From Actinomycetes bacterium (GTDB lineage: Bacteria > Actinomycetota > Acidimicrobiia > Acidimicrobiales > CADCSY01), in NCBI GenBank assembly GCA_031399525.1, contig JANNOZ010000002.1:56085-120084 (forward strand): 64,000 nt of DNA, read 5' to 3'. This document shows, in pieces, positions 54,342-64,000 of this stretch. A model generated the notes under the pieces. It did not search any database and was not told where the DNA came from. It saw only the letters and a list, made by a program, of their open reading frames with translations. Position numbers and translations under genes: made by a program. Within the stretch, counting starts at the first letter, position 1. Every line of letters begins with the position of its first letter.

Positions 54342-54748
54342 GCCGGCGCCGCTCTCTCGTCCGACGGGAGTGGGCCCAGCACCCGGCGCGCCACCGCGAA
54401 CGCGCTGTTGGCCGCGGGGGCACCGCAGTACACGGCGCTCTGGAGCAGGACCTCGGTCAGCTCCTCACGAGTCACGCCGTTGCGCAACGCCCCCCGCAGG
54501 TGCAGTTCCAGCTCCTCGTCTCGACCCAGCGCGACGAGCATGGCCACGGTGATACAGCTCCGGGTCCGGCGGTCGAGACCCGGGCGGGTCCACACCTCAC
54601 CCCACGCCGCGCGGGTGAGGAAGTCCTGGAAGTCGGCGGTGATCCCGCCGTCGGCCTTGGCGTTGGCCTCGGCTCGCTCGACGTGCTCGTCACCGAGCAC
54701 GGCTCGACGCACGGCCATCCCGGCGGCTCGGCGCTCGTCATCGGTCAT
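54338..54748 (-). CDS. pcaC: 4-carboxymuconolactone decarboxylase
   Basis: GMAVRRAVLGDEHV, AWGEVWTRPGL, YCGAPAAN. Confidence 0.95.
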   Translation of the reverse strand: MTDDERRAAGMAVRRAVLGDEHVERAEANAKADGGITADFQDFLTRAAWGEVWTRPGLDRRTRSCITVAMLVALGRDEELELHLRGALRNGVTREELTEVLLQSAVYCGAPAANSAFAVARRVLGPLPSDERAAPA

Positions 54749-55515
54749 CGTTGTCCTCCCAGATGGGACTGCAGCGCCTGGTCGAACGCCGCCGGCTGTT
54801 GCACGTTGGCCAGATGGGCGGCGTCGTCGATGACCACCAGGGTCGATCCCGCCACCCCGCGGTGGATCGCCTCGGCCTGGTCGAGCGGCGTGGCCGGATC
54901 GTCGGCCCCGGCGATGACCAACGTCGGCGCAGTGATCGTCGACAGGGCCGAGCGCTGATCCATGTCCCGAATGGCCGCACAGCACGCGACGTAGCCATTG
55001 GGGTCGCTGGCCTCGAGCATGGCCGCGATCCGGGCCACCGCGTCGGGGTTGTCCCGTACGAAGCCGGGAGTGAACCAGCGCTGGGTCACTCCGTCGACCA
55101 ACGAAGCCATGCCGGCGGAGCGCACGAGGGCGATTCGGTCGTCCCAGACCTGAGCTGGTCCAAGGTGAGCTGCAGTGCAGGCCAACACGAGGTGGTCGAT
55201 CCGTTCGGGAGCGTGGCTGGCCAGCCACATGCCGACCATGCCGCCCATCGACAGCCCGCAGAACGATGCCCGCTCGACGCCAAGCTGATCGAGGAGGTCG
55301 AGGACATCGGCGCCGAGGTCGGCCAACGCGTAGGGGCCGGGAGGCACCTCGGAGCGCCCGTGACCACGGTGGTCGTAGCGCAGCACCCGGAAGCGATCAC
55401 GAAGAGCCGGGATCTGGTCGTCCCACATGGCCGCCGTGGTCCCGATCGAGCTCGACAGCACGACGACCGGTGCATCGGAGGGGCCGATGAGCTCGTGGTG
55501 GAGACGAACGGTCAC
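54745..55515 (-). CDS. pcaD: 3-oxoadipate enol-lactonase
   Basis: SSIGTTAAMW, YDHRGHG, GLSMGG, AAHLANV. Confidence 0.93.
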   Translation of the reverse strand: MTVRLHHELIGPSDAPVVVLSSSIGTTAAMWDDQIPALRDRFRVLRYDHRGHGRSEVPPGPYALADLGADVLDLLDQLGVERASFCGLSMGGMVGMWLASHAPERIDHLVLACTAAHLGPAQVWDDRIALVRSAGMASLVDGVTQRWFTPGFVRDNPDAVARIAAMLEASDPNGYVACCAAIRDMDQRSALSTITAPTLVIAGADDPATPLDQAEAIHRGVAGSTLVVIDDAAHLANVQQPAAFDQALQSHLGGQR

Positions 55516-55516
55516 G

Positions 55517-56863
55517 TCACCGGCTCCGGACGGGGTAGGCGGCGAGCGCTCGCTCGATGAACGCGTCGGCCGAACCGATCCAGTTGGCCGGGTCGAGGGC
55601 CCGGTCGATGTCGGGCGCCGAGAGGATGGCGGCGACCTCGGCATCGGCCAGCAATGCAGCCCGAAAGCCTCCGCCGTGGGCCGCGGCCTCTCGGGCGCAG
55701 CGCTCGACCAGCGCGTGCGCCGGGCCGGCACCGAGCGCCGGGGCCAGCGCCATCGCCACCGCCTCGCTCACCGCCACACCTCCTCCGGCGTCGAGATTGG
55801 CCCGCATGCGGTCGGCGTCGACCTCGAGGCCCTCGAGGGTGTCGGCGATTCGGGCCACCGCACCGGCCCCGAGCGCGAGTAGCTCGCTCAGCGGCTGCCA
55901 CTCGGCCTGCCAGGCGCCCGCCGCCCGCTCGTGCTCGGCCACCATCGCCGAGAGGAGCACCGACGCCAGCGCCGGAGCCCGCCGAGCGGCTACGTCGACT
56001 TCGACGCTGGCCACCTGGTTGCGCTTGTGGGGCATGGCCGACGAGCCCCCTCGACCGCGGGCCGACGGCTCGGACACCTCGGCCACCTCGCTCTGGGCCA
56101 GCAGCACGACGTCCTTGGCGATCTTGCCCATTGCGCCGGTCAGTACGGCCACCGCGCTGGCGACCTCGACGATGCGCCCACGAGCCGAGTGCCAGGGCAT
56201 GGCCGGCTCGGCCAAGTCCAGTTCTCCAGCCAGGGCGCCGAGCACGGCCAGCCCGTCGGGGCCGAGCGAGGCCAATGTTCCGGTCGCCCCCCCGAACTGC
56301 ACCGCCAGCGACTGGGCCACCACGCGGTCGATCCCGTCTCGAGCGCGGCCAGCCCCCTGGAGCCAGCCCGCGGCGGTGAGCCCGAAGGTCACCGGTGTGG
56401 CCTGCTGGAGCAAGGTACGACCGGTCATGAGCGTGCCTCGGTGGCGCTCGGACAGCGCAGCTGCGCCAGCCACGGCCCGTTCGAGGTCGGCTTCGATCAG
56501 CGCCAACACCCGACGCATCACCAGCATCGCAGCGGTGTCGAGCACGTCCTGGCTGGTGGCGCCCCAGTGGACCCACCCGGCGGCATCACCGGCGACGGCG
56601 GCGCCCAACGCCTTCACCAACGGGACCACCGGGTTGCCGGAATCGACTGCCGCCGCGCCGATGGCGTCGAGGTCGAAGTCCTCCGCTCGGCACACCTCGG
56701 TGATGCGCTCCGCCGCCTCGATTGGGATCACTCCGACTGCGGCTTCGGCCCGGGCGAGGGCGGCCTCGACGTCGAGCATGGCCTGGAGCCAGGACCGGTC
56801 GGACACCGCAGCCTGGGCCTCGGGCGTCGTGAAGATCGGGGCGAACAGCCCCTCAGACGGCAA
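55517..56863 (-). CDS. pcaB: 3-carboxy-cis,cis-muconate cycloisomerase
   Basis: VHWGATSQD, GGSSAMPHKRN, HERAAGAWQAEW; TTG start overlaps the pcaG end. Confidence 0.93.
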   Translation of the reverse strand: MPSEGLFAPIFTTPEAQAAVSDRSWLQAMLDVEAALARAEAAVGVIPIEAAERITEVCRAEDFDLDAIGAAAVDSGNPVVPLVKALGAAVAGDAAGWVHWGATSQDVLDTAAMLVMRRVLALIEADLERAVAGAAALSERHRGTLMTGRTLLQQATPVTFGLTAAGWLQGAGRARDGIDRVVAQSLAVQFGGATGTLASLGPDGLAVLGALAGELDLAEPAMPWHSARGRIVEVASAVAVLTGAMGKIAKDVVLLAQSEVAEVSEPSARGRGGSSAMPHKRNQVASVEVDVAARRAPALASVLLSAMVAEHERAAGAWQAEWQPLSELLALGAGAVARIADTLEGLEVDADRMRANLDAGGGVAVSEAVAMALAPALGAGPAHALVERCAREAAAHGGGFRAALLADAEVAAILSAPDIDRALDPANWIGSADAFIERALAAYPVRSR

Positions 56864-57407
56864 AGAAGATCGTCTCCATCTCGCCCTGGAGGTGGATGTC
56901 GAACCGCAGGACATCGCCCTCGGCCACCGCCACCAAGGTCGCTCGGCGAGCGGGGGGCACCGACGCCAGGACCGGGTCCGAGGCGTTGGCCTCGATCTCG
57001 TCGGGAAAGTAGATGCGGGTCGAGAGCCGAGCCAGCAGTCCTCGGGCGAACACGCTGACACTGAGGTGGGGGGCCTGCGGAGACCCTGACGGCCCGGGCA
57101 CCGGGCCGGGCTTGAGGGTGGTGAAGTCGAAGCGTCCCCCGGCGTCGGTGGGGACCCGGCCGAACCCGACGAAGGCCGACGGCTCGGGATCATCAGGGTG
57201 GGCGTAATGCCCCGCAGGGTCGGCCTGCCAGATCTCGACCAGGGCGTCGATGACCGGCTGGTCGGCGCCGTCGGTGACCTGTCCGGTGATGTGAACGGCG
57301 CCCGGCGCGTCCGGGGCAACGAGGAGCCCGCCGTCGGTCCACGGCAACGCGAAGTGGAAGAAGGGCCCGATCGTCTGCGACGGGGTGGGCCGCAACAACT
57401 CGGTCAC
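56853..57407 (-). CDS. pcaG: Protocatechuate 3,4-dioxygenase alpha subunit
   Basis: TPSQTIGPF, EIWQAD, FARGLL, TRIYF, FDIHLQG. Confidence 0.95.
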   Translation of the reverse strand: MTELLRPTPSQTIGPFFHFALPWTDGGLLVAPDAPGAVHITGQVTDGADQPVIDALVEIWQADPAGHYAHPDDPEPSAFVGFGRVPTDAGGRFDFTTLKPGPVPGPSGSPQAPHLSVSVFARGLLARLSTRIYFPDEIEANASDPVLASVPPARRATLVAVAEGDVLRFDIHLQGEMETIFFAV

Positions 57408-57408
57408 G

Positions 57409-58113
57409 TCAACCCTCCTGGGACTCGAACGGGGTGGCGTGGCGACCCCGCAGAACGATGTCCCAGCTGAAACCCAGGGCTTCGGCGGGAATGGTGGCGT
57501 CGAGGTCGAAGCGTGAGATCAACCGATGCCGATCGCCGTCGTCGGGCACCGAGTTGTAGATCGGGTCGTACGGGAAGAGGGGGTCGTCGGGGAAGTACAT
57601 CTGGGTTACCAGGCGGGACACGAAGGCGGTCCCGAACAACGAGAAATGCACGTGGGCGGGGCGCCAGGCGTTGGGATGGTTCTGCCAGGTGTAAGCCCCG
57701 GGCTTGACGGTGACGAAGCGGTAGCGCCCGTCGTCGTCGGTCACGCAGCGACCGGCACCGGAGAAGTTGGGGTCGAGTGCGGCCGAGGTGTCGTCGACCG
57801 GATGGCGGTACTTCCCGCCGGCGTTGGCCTGCCAGATCTCGACCAGTTGGCCCCGCACCGGGCGACCGTCACCGTCGAGCACCCGACCGGTGAGGATGAT
57901 CCGCTGGCCGATGGGATCCCCGCCATGCTGCGCGGTGAGGTCGTGGTCGAGGGGGCCGACCCGCTCGTGGCCGAAGACCGGTCCAGTGATCTCCGAGAGG
58001 GACTGGGCCAGCGGCACGAGGGGGCGCTTGGGACCGCGCAACCCGGTCGATCGATAGAGCGGATAGTCGTTGGGCGGGTCGACCTCGATCCGGGGGTACG
58101 GCGCCGAGTTCAT
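57409..58113 (-). CDS. pcaH: Protocatechuate 3,4-dioxygenase beta subunit
   Basis: EITGP, WQANAGGKYRH, WRPAHVHFS, LVTQMYF. Confidence 0.96.
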   Translation of the reverse strand: MNSAPYPRIEVDPPNDYPLYRSTGLRGPKRPLVPLAQSLSEITGPVFGHERVGPLDHDLTAQHGGDPIGQRIILTGRVLDGDGRPVRGQLVEIWQANAGGKYRHPVDDTSAALDPNFSGAGRCVTDDDGRYRFVTVKPGAYTWQNHPNAWRPAHVHFSLFGTAFVSRLVTQMYFPDDPLFPYDPIYNSVPDDGDRHRLISRFDLDATIPAEALGFSWDIVLRGRHATPFESQEG

Positions 58114-58136
58114 GTCATCCGGTCCCTTCCTGCGGG

Positions 58137-58688
58137 TCAGGAGCCCTGGAACAGGCCGAGGTCCTCGAGTGGTTCGTCTCGCAGCTGGTCGAGCTGATCG
58201 GCGTGCTCTTCGAGATGACCGACGACGAACTCGTCGAGCATCCTGTGCAGGTCCATGTCACCCAGACTCTGGTGGCGACCGACCCGGCCCCAGTCCTCGT
58301 CGGTCGCAGTGTCGGCCAGCCACGCTCTCCATTGGGCCATGCCCGCCTCGCACAGGGCGAAATTCTCGGTCGGATCGAGGTCCCGACGTTCGGCGATGGC
58401 TGCGATCCGGCCCGGGTTGGACTTGATCCGCCCGAAGGGCACCGGCTCGTCGGACCCGGCGGCCACGACCACGTCGACGATCTCGCCGTACCAATACGGC
58501 AGGATCTCGGCCAGGTGGGACCAGACCTGCCCGGCGTCCCACTGCTCGCCGGTTTTGGCGTCGGGTCGGGTGTAACCCGCTGGTGATCCGAGGGCCAGAT
58601 GGTGGCGGAGGCGACCCTCGACGACGTCGAAGCGATCGAGCATCTCCTCGCGCCGGGCCGCGGGCGAGGACTCAGAAGAGCTGGACAT
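58137..58688 (-). CDS. DinB-like protein
   Basis: W..GQVWSHLAE and HLEEHADQL. Confidence 0.75.
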   Translation of the reverse strand: MSSSSESSPAARREEMLDRFDVVEGRLRHHLALGSPAGYTRPDAKTGEQWDAGQVWSHLAEILPYWYGEIVDVVVAAGSDEPVPFGRIKSNPGRIAAIAERRDLDPTENFALCEAGMAQWRAWLADTATDEDWGRVGRHQSLGDMDLHRMLDEFVVGHLEEHADQLDQLRDEPLEDLGLFQGS

Positions 58689-58792
58689 GGGGCCGCACCC
58701 TACCGTCACGGTCTCGCTCAAGAATCGGACAGACATGGCCGACATTGATGAGAACTTGGGCCGCCTCCGTACGCCCGGCCCGAAGGAGCAGC

Positions 58793-60079
58793 ATGGAAGA
58801 GGAGAAGCCAGCCCCATCCCAAGCAGCAATGGCCGCGGCCTTCGCCGCCCGGAGCCTGCTCGTGCAGCTCCTCGCGATCGGTGTGGCGCTCGGTTCGGCC
58901 ATCCTCCTCGGCGGCGGCACATGGGCCGTCTCACAGATCGTTTGGGTCGTGGCGGTGTTCTCGGTGGCGTCATCGGTGCTCCAGACCGTGTTGGTCACCC
59001 GTCCGGTCCAGGTCACGATCAGTCAGCAGGAGGCCCTGGTGGCGGCTCGCGAAGCTGACCTCTTGGGCCAAGCCCGCCGCCAGAAGCTCGACAGCCGTCT
59101 GTCGCGAGCCCTCGAGATGGCCGACGTCGAAGAGGACGCCCTCGACGTGGTCACCCGAGCAATGCAGAGCGTGACCGACGCCCCAGCCGAGCTCTTGCTG
59201 GCTGACTCGAGCAAGGCCCATCTGGTTCGGGCGGCGCAGTCAGGGCCCGACGGGATCGGCCCGGGCTGCGGGGTGGCGTCGCCGTCCAACTGCGCCGCGG
59301 TCAGACGGGGCCAAACGATGAGCTTCGCCAGCTCGGACGATCTCGATGCCTGCCCCCATCTCCGCGCCCGTCCCACCGGAGCGTGCTCGGCGGCCTGCGT
59401 GCCGGTCACCATCTTGGGCCAGGCGGTCGGCGTGCTCCACACCACCGCAGCCGACCACGCCCCACCCGATCAGCGAACGGTCGGAGACCTCGAGACCGTG
59501 GCCACCCAGCTCAGCGCCCGGGTGGGCATGATCCGCGCCTTGGCCCGCTCGGAGGTCCAAGCGTCGACCGACCCCTTGACCGGTCTGCTGAACCGGCGCA
59601 GCCTCGACGACCAGATCGGGCGAATCGCCGGCGGGGACCGGGCCTATGCGGTGGTCATGGTCGACCTCGACCACTTCAAGGGCCTGAACGACGCCCACGG
59701 CCACGACACGGGAGACCGTTCGTTGCGCATCTTCGCCGCCACCCTTCGTAACGCCGTTCGCCCCGGCGACCTGGTTTCTCGCCACGGTGGTGAGGAGTTC
59801 CTCGTGGTGTTCCCCGACACCGACGCCGACGCCGCTGCGGCCGTGGCCGAACGGGTGCGGGAGGCGTTGGCGCTCGCCCTCACCGACGGGGCCCACCCAA
59901 CCTTCACCGCCAGTTTCGGGGTCGCTGACCACCGGGTGGGCCGCACCTTTGCCGATGTCGTGGCCGCGGCCGACGCCGCCCTGCTCACGGCCAAGCGCGA
60001 CGGCCGAAACCGAGTGGTCCTGGCCCCCCACCTCGCCGCCGTCGATCATCAGGTCGGACCTCTCCAGCGGGCCTGGTAA
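58793..60079 (+). CDS. Membrane-anchored GAF-like/GGDEF diguanylate cyclase
   Basis: 2 TM; Cys-rich GAF-like region; DPLTGLLNRR, DLDHFK, RPGD I-site, GGEEF. Confidence 0.92.
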   Translation: MEEEKPAPSQAAMAAAFAARSLLVQLLAIGVALGSAILLGGGTWAVSQIVWVVAVFSVASSVLQTVLVTRPVQVTISQQEALVAAREADLLGQARRQKLDSRLSRALEMADVEEDALDVVTRAMQSVTDAPAELLLADSSKAHLVRAAQSGPDGIGPGCGVASPSNCAAVRRGQTMSFASSDDLDACPHLRARPTGACSAACVPVTILGQAVGVLHTTAADHAPPDQRTVGDLETVATQLSARVGMIRALARSEVQASTDPLTGLLNRRSLDDQIGRIAGGDRAYAVVMVDLDHFKGLNDAHGHDTGDRSLRIFAATLRNAVRPGDLVSRHGGEEFLVVFPDTDADAAAAVAERVREALALALTDGAHPTFTASFGVADHRVGRTFADVVAAADAALLTAKRDGRNRVVLAPHLAAVDHQVGPLQRAW

Positions 60080-61930
<1,851 letters not shown>

Positions 61931-62024
61931 TTAGCGACGCTAAACTCTGGAGACCCCCCCCCGCCCCTAGACCAGCGCTCCTACGTGGCGGCTGGATCGA
62001 GGGATTCGACACCTGCCCTCTAGG

Positions 62025-63329
62025 ATGACGCCCGTTATGGCCCCGATCTCTCGCGCTCAACGCACGTTCCTGGCCTTCCAGGTGCGCAACTTCCGCTGGT
62101 ACTTCGGCGCCCAGACCCTGTCCCAGATCGGGTCCTGGTTCCAGATGATCGCCCAGATGCTGCTGGTCGCCAACCTCACGGGCAGTGGCGTGGCCCTGGG
62201 ACTGGTCACGGCATTGCAAGCCCTTCCAGTGCTGTTCCTGAGCACCTACGGCGGGGCGTTGGCCGACCGCCTGCCCACCCGTCGACTCCTGATCGTCACC
62301 CAGTCGTCGCTCGGGGCTGTGGCCCTGGCCATGGCGCTGATGTCGGCCTCGGGGACCCTGACGGTCAACTGGATCTACGCCTTCGCCTTGCTCTCGGGAA
62401 CCATCAACGCCATCGACCGACCGGCGTCGCAGGCCTTCCTCTTCGAGCTGGTCGGTCCCGACCACCTCACGTCCGCCATCGGCCTCAACAGCGTCCAGAT
62501 GTCGATGGGACGACTCGTCGGTCCGGCCGTAGGCGCTCTCATCTACGCCTCAGCCGGAGCGGGTTGGGCCTTTGGCATCAACGCCTTGTCCTTCGCCCTG
62601 GTGGTCGTCGCGCTGCTCGTGATCCGCAAGAACGAGCTCATCGTCCGAATCGCGACATCCCAGACCCGGGCCAAGGTGATGGACGGCATCCGCTACGTGC
62701 GCGGTATCCCCGACCTCTACCGACCTCTCATCGCCAGTGCAGTGGTGGGCTGTCTGGCCTTCAACTTCCTCACCGTGATGACCGCCATGGTCAAGTTCGA
62801 GTTCGACGCCGGTGACGGCGCCCTCGGGGCCGTCGAGTCACTCAATGCCCTCTTCGCAGTGGGCGGCGGGCTGATCATGGCCAGCGTCCACAAGCCGACG
62901 ATCCGGTTGATGGGCCTGGTCACCGTGGTGTTCGCCGGCTCGCTCACCCTCAACGCGCTGGCCCCCTCGCTGGGTTGGTACCTGGCCGTGATGCCCATCT
63001 TCGGGCTCAGCGTGGCCGCGTGGACGACGATCGCCCAGGCCGTGGTGCAACGCAACGCCGAACCCGAAATGCAGGGTCGTGTCGCCGGCCTCTATCAGCT
63101 CGCCATCCAGGGCACGTCCCCGGTCGGCGCCATCTTGGCCGGGTTCCTGATCGATATCTCCCCTCGGGCCGCTTTCGGCATGGGTGCCACGGGCACCCTC
63201 GCCGCCGGGGTCGGGCTCCTCTGGGCCACCCGCCACGATCGACCGACCGTCGAACCCGGCGACGCGGCCCCCGACTTCCCGGTCACTGCAACTCCGGTGC
63301 CCTCGGCCGTAACGGCTGTGGGCGGGTGA
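62025..63329 (+). CDS. MFS transporter
   Basis: About 12 TM; GGALADRLPTRRLL, DRPASQA, MQGRV. Confidence 0.93.
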   Translation: MTPVMAPISRAQRTFLAFQVRNFRWYFGAQTLSQIGSWFQMIAQMLLVANLTGSGVALGLVTALQALPVLFLSTYGGALADRLPTRRLLIVTQSSLGAVALAMALMSASGTLTVNWIYAFALLSGTINAIDRPASQAFLFELVGPDHLTSAIGLNSVQMSMGRLVGPAVGALIYASAGAGWAFGINALSFALVVVALLVIRKNELIVRIATSQTRAKVMDGIRYVRGIPDLYRPLIASAVVGCLAFNFLTVMTAMVKFEFDAGDGALGAVESLNALFAVGGGLIMASVHKPTIRLMGLVTVVFAGSLTLNALAPSLGWYLAVMPIFGLSVAAWTTIAQAVVQRNAEPEMQGRVAGLYQLAIQGTSPVGAILAGFLIDISPRAAFGMGATGTLAAGVGLLWATRHDRPTVEPGDAAPDFPVTATPVPSAVTAVGG

Positions 63330-64000
63330 GCAGCGCCGGGTCGAGGAGCGCCTCGACCGCAGCCTGATCCAGAAGGCCCCGCTCCACCACGATCTCGATC
63401 ACCCCCCGACCACTGCGGTGAGCCTCGATGGCGACCGCGGTGGCGGCCTCGTATCCGATGATCGGCGTGAGGGCGGTGGCCAGGCCCACCGATGTCTCCA
63501 CGTCGTGGAGAGTGCTGGCCGGATTGGCGGTGATCCCGGTCACGCAGCGCTGGGTCAGGGTCTGGACCGCCTGGCGCATGTGGGTCACGCTCTTGAACAA
63601 CGAGTGGGCGATGATCGGCTCGAACGCGTTGAGCTGGAGCTGGCCCGCTTCGGCCGCCATGGTCACGGTGACGTCGTTGCCGATGACCTCGAAGGCCACC
63701 TGGTTGACCACCTCGGGGATCACCGGGTTGACCTTGCCGGGCATGATGCTCGAACCGGCCTGGACGGCGGGGAGGTTGAGCTCACCCAGGCCGGCGCGGG
63801 GACCGGAGGACAGTAGGCGCAGGTCGTTGCAAATTTTGGACAGCTTCACTGCGATGCGTTTGAGGGTGCCCGAGAGCTGCACGTAGGCGCCGGTGTCCTG
63901 AGTGGCTTCCACCAGGTTGGGAGCGGTCACCACGGGCATGCCCGACAGCCGTTCGAGATGGGACCGGACCAGCGGCGCGTAGCCCGGGTCGGCGTTGATA
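63283..64000 (-). CDS. aspA: Aspartate ammonia-lyase (5' part outside the window)
   Basis: LSKICNDLRLLSSGP, GSSIMPGKVNPVIPE, GQLQLNAFEP. Confidence 0.9.
   Translation of the reverse strand, partial: INADPGYAPLVRSHLERLSGMPVVTAPNLVEATQDTGAYVQLSGTLKRIAVKLSKICNDLRLLSSGPRAGLGELNLPAVQAGSSIMPGKVNPVIPEVVNQVAFEVIGNDVTVTMAAEAGQLQLNAFEPIIAHSLFKSVTHMRQAVQTLTQRCVTGITANPASTLHDVETSVGLATALTPIIGYEAATAVAIEAHRSGRGVIEIVVERGLLDQAAVEALLDPALLTRPQPLRPRAPELQ

Noticed and set aside
61950-62005. C-run and weak hairpin after leuA as a phase-variation tract
   Set aside because: Intergenic, not clearly within a promoter spacer, and no evidence of length variation.

Overview
High-GC actinobacterial chromosome segment; Acidimicrobiia is my inference from bS22/bL37, the short GlmU and the YWLVASDGGIF-repeat protein. 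The backbone is the conserved rplY-prs-glmU ... tRNA-Gln-bS22-ispE-rsmA-(RlpA-like)-tatD-metG-rsmI ... ychF region. About 25 kb of accessory DNA lies between glmU and tRNA-Gln. It holds two TetR/orphan ABC substrate-binding protein/oxygenase cassettes (one bracketed by a 61-bp duplication of a host gene's 3' end), a copA-csoR unit with operators, a SulP/SHOCT/BI-1 cluster, and a 3.4-kb degenerate tyrosine-integrase island with 50-bp att repeats and arm-type repeats. The right half has a second SulP cluster (SulP-DUF2252-SHOCT-SnoaL-GNAT), bL37, a prolyl oligopeptidase, an FN3/42-aa-repeat surface protein, a PfkB kinase, hppD, pcaHGBDC, a GAF-GGDEF protein, leuA with a Leu leader peptide, an MFS transporter and partial aspA. 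Best novelty candidate: a shared TCRYCC-N5-GGRYGA palindrome, often in pairs 21-22 bp apart, that links both SulP/SHOCT clusters into a putative uncharacterised regulon. No CRISPR array, rRNA or intact transposase was seen. All family calls come from motif recognition by eye, not database searches.
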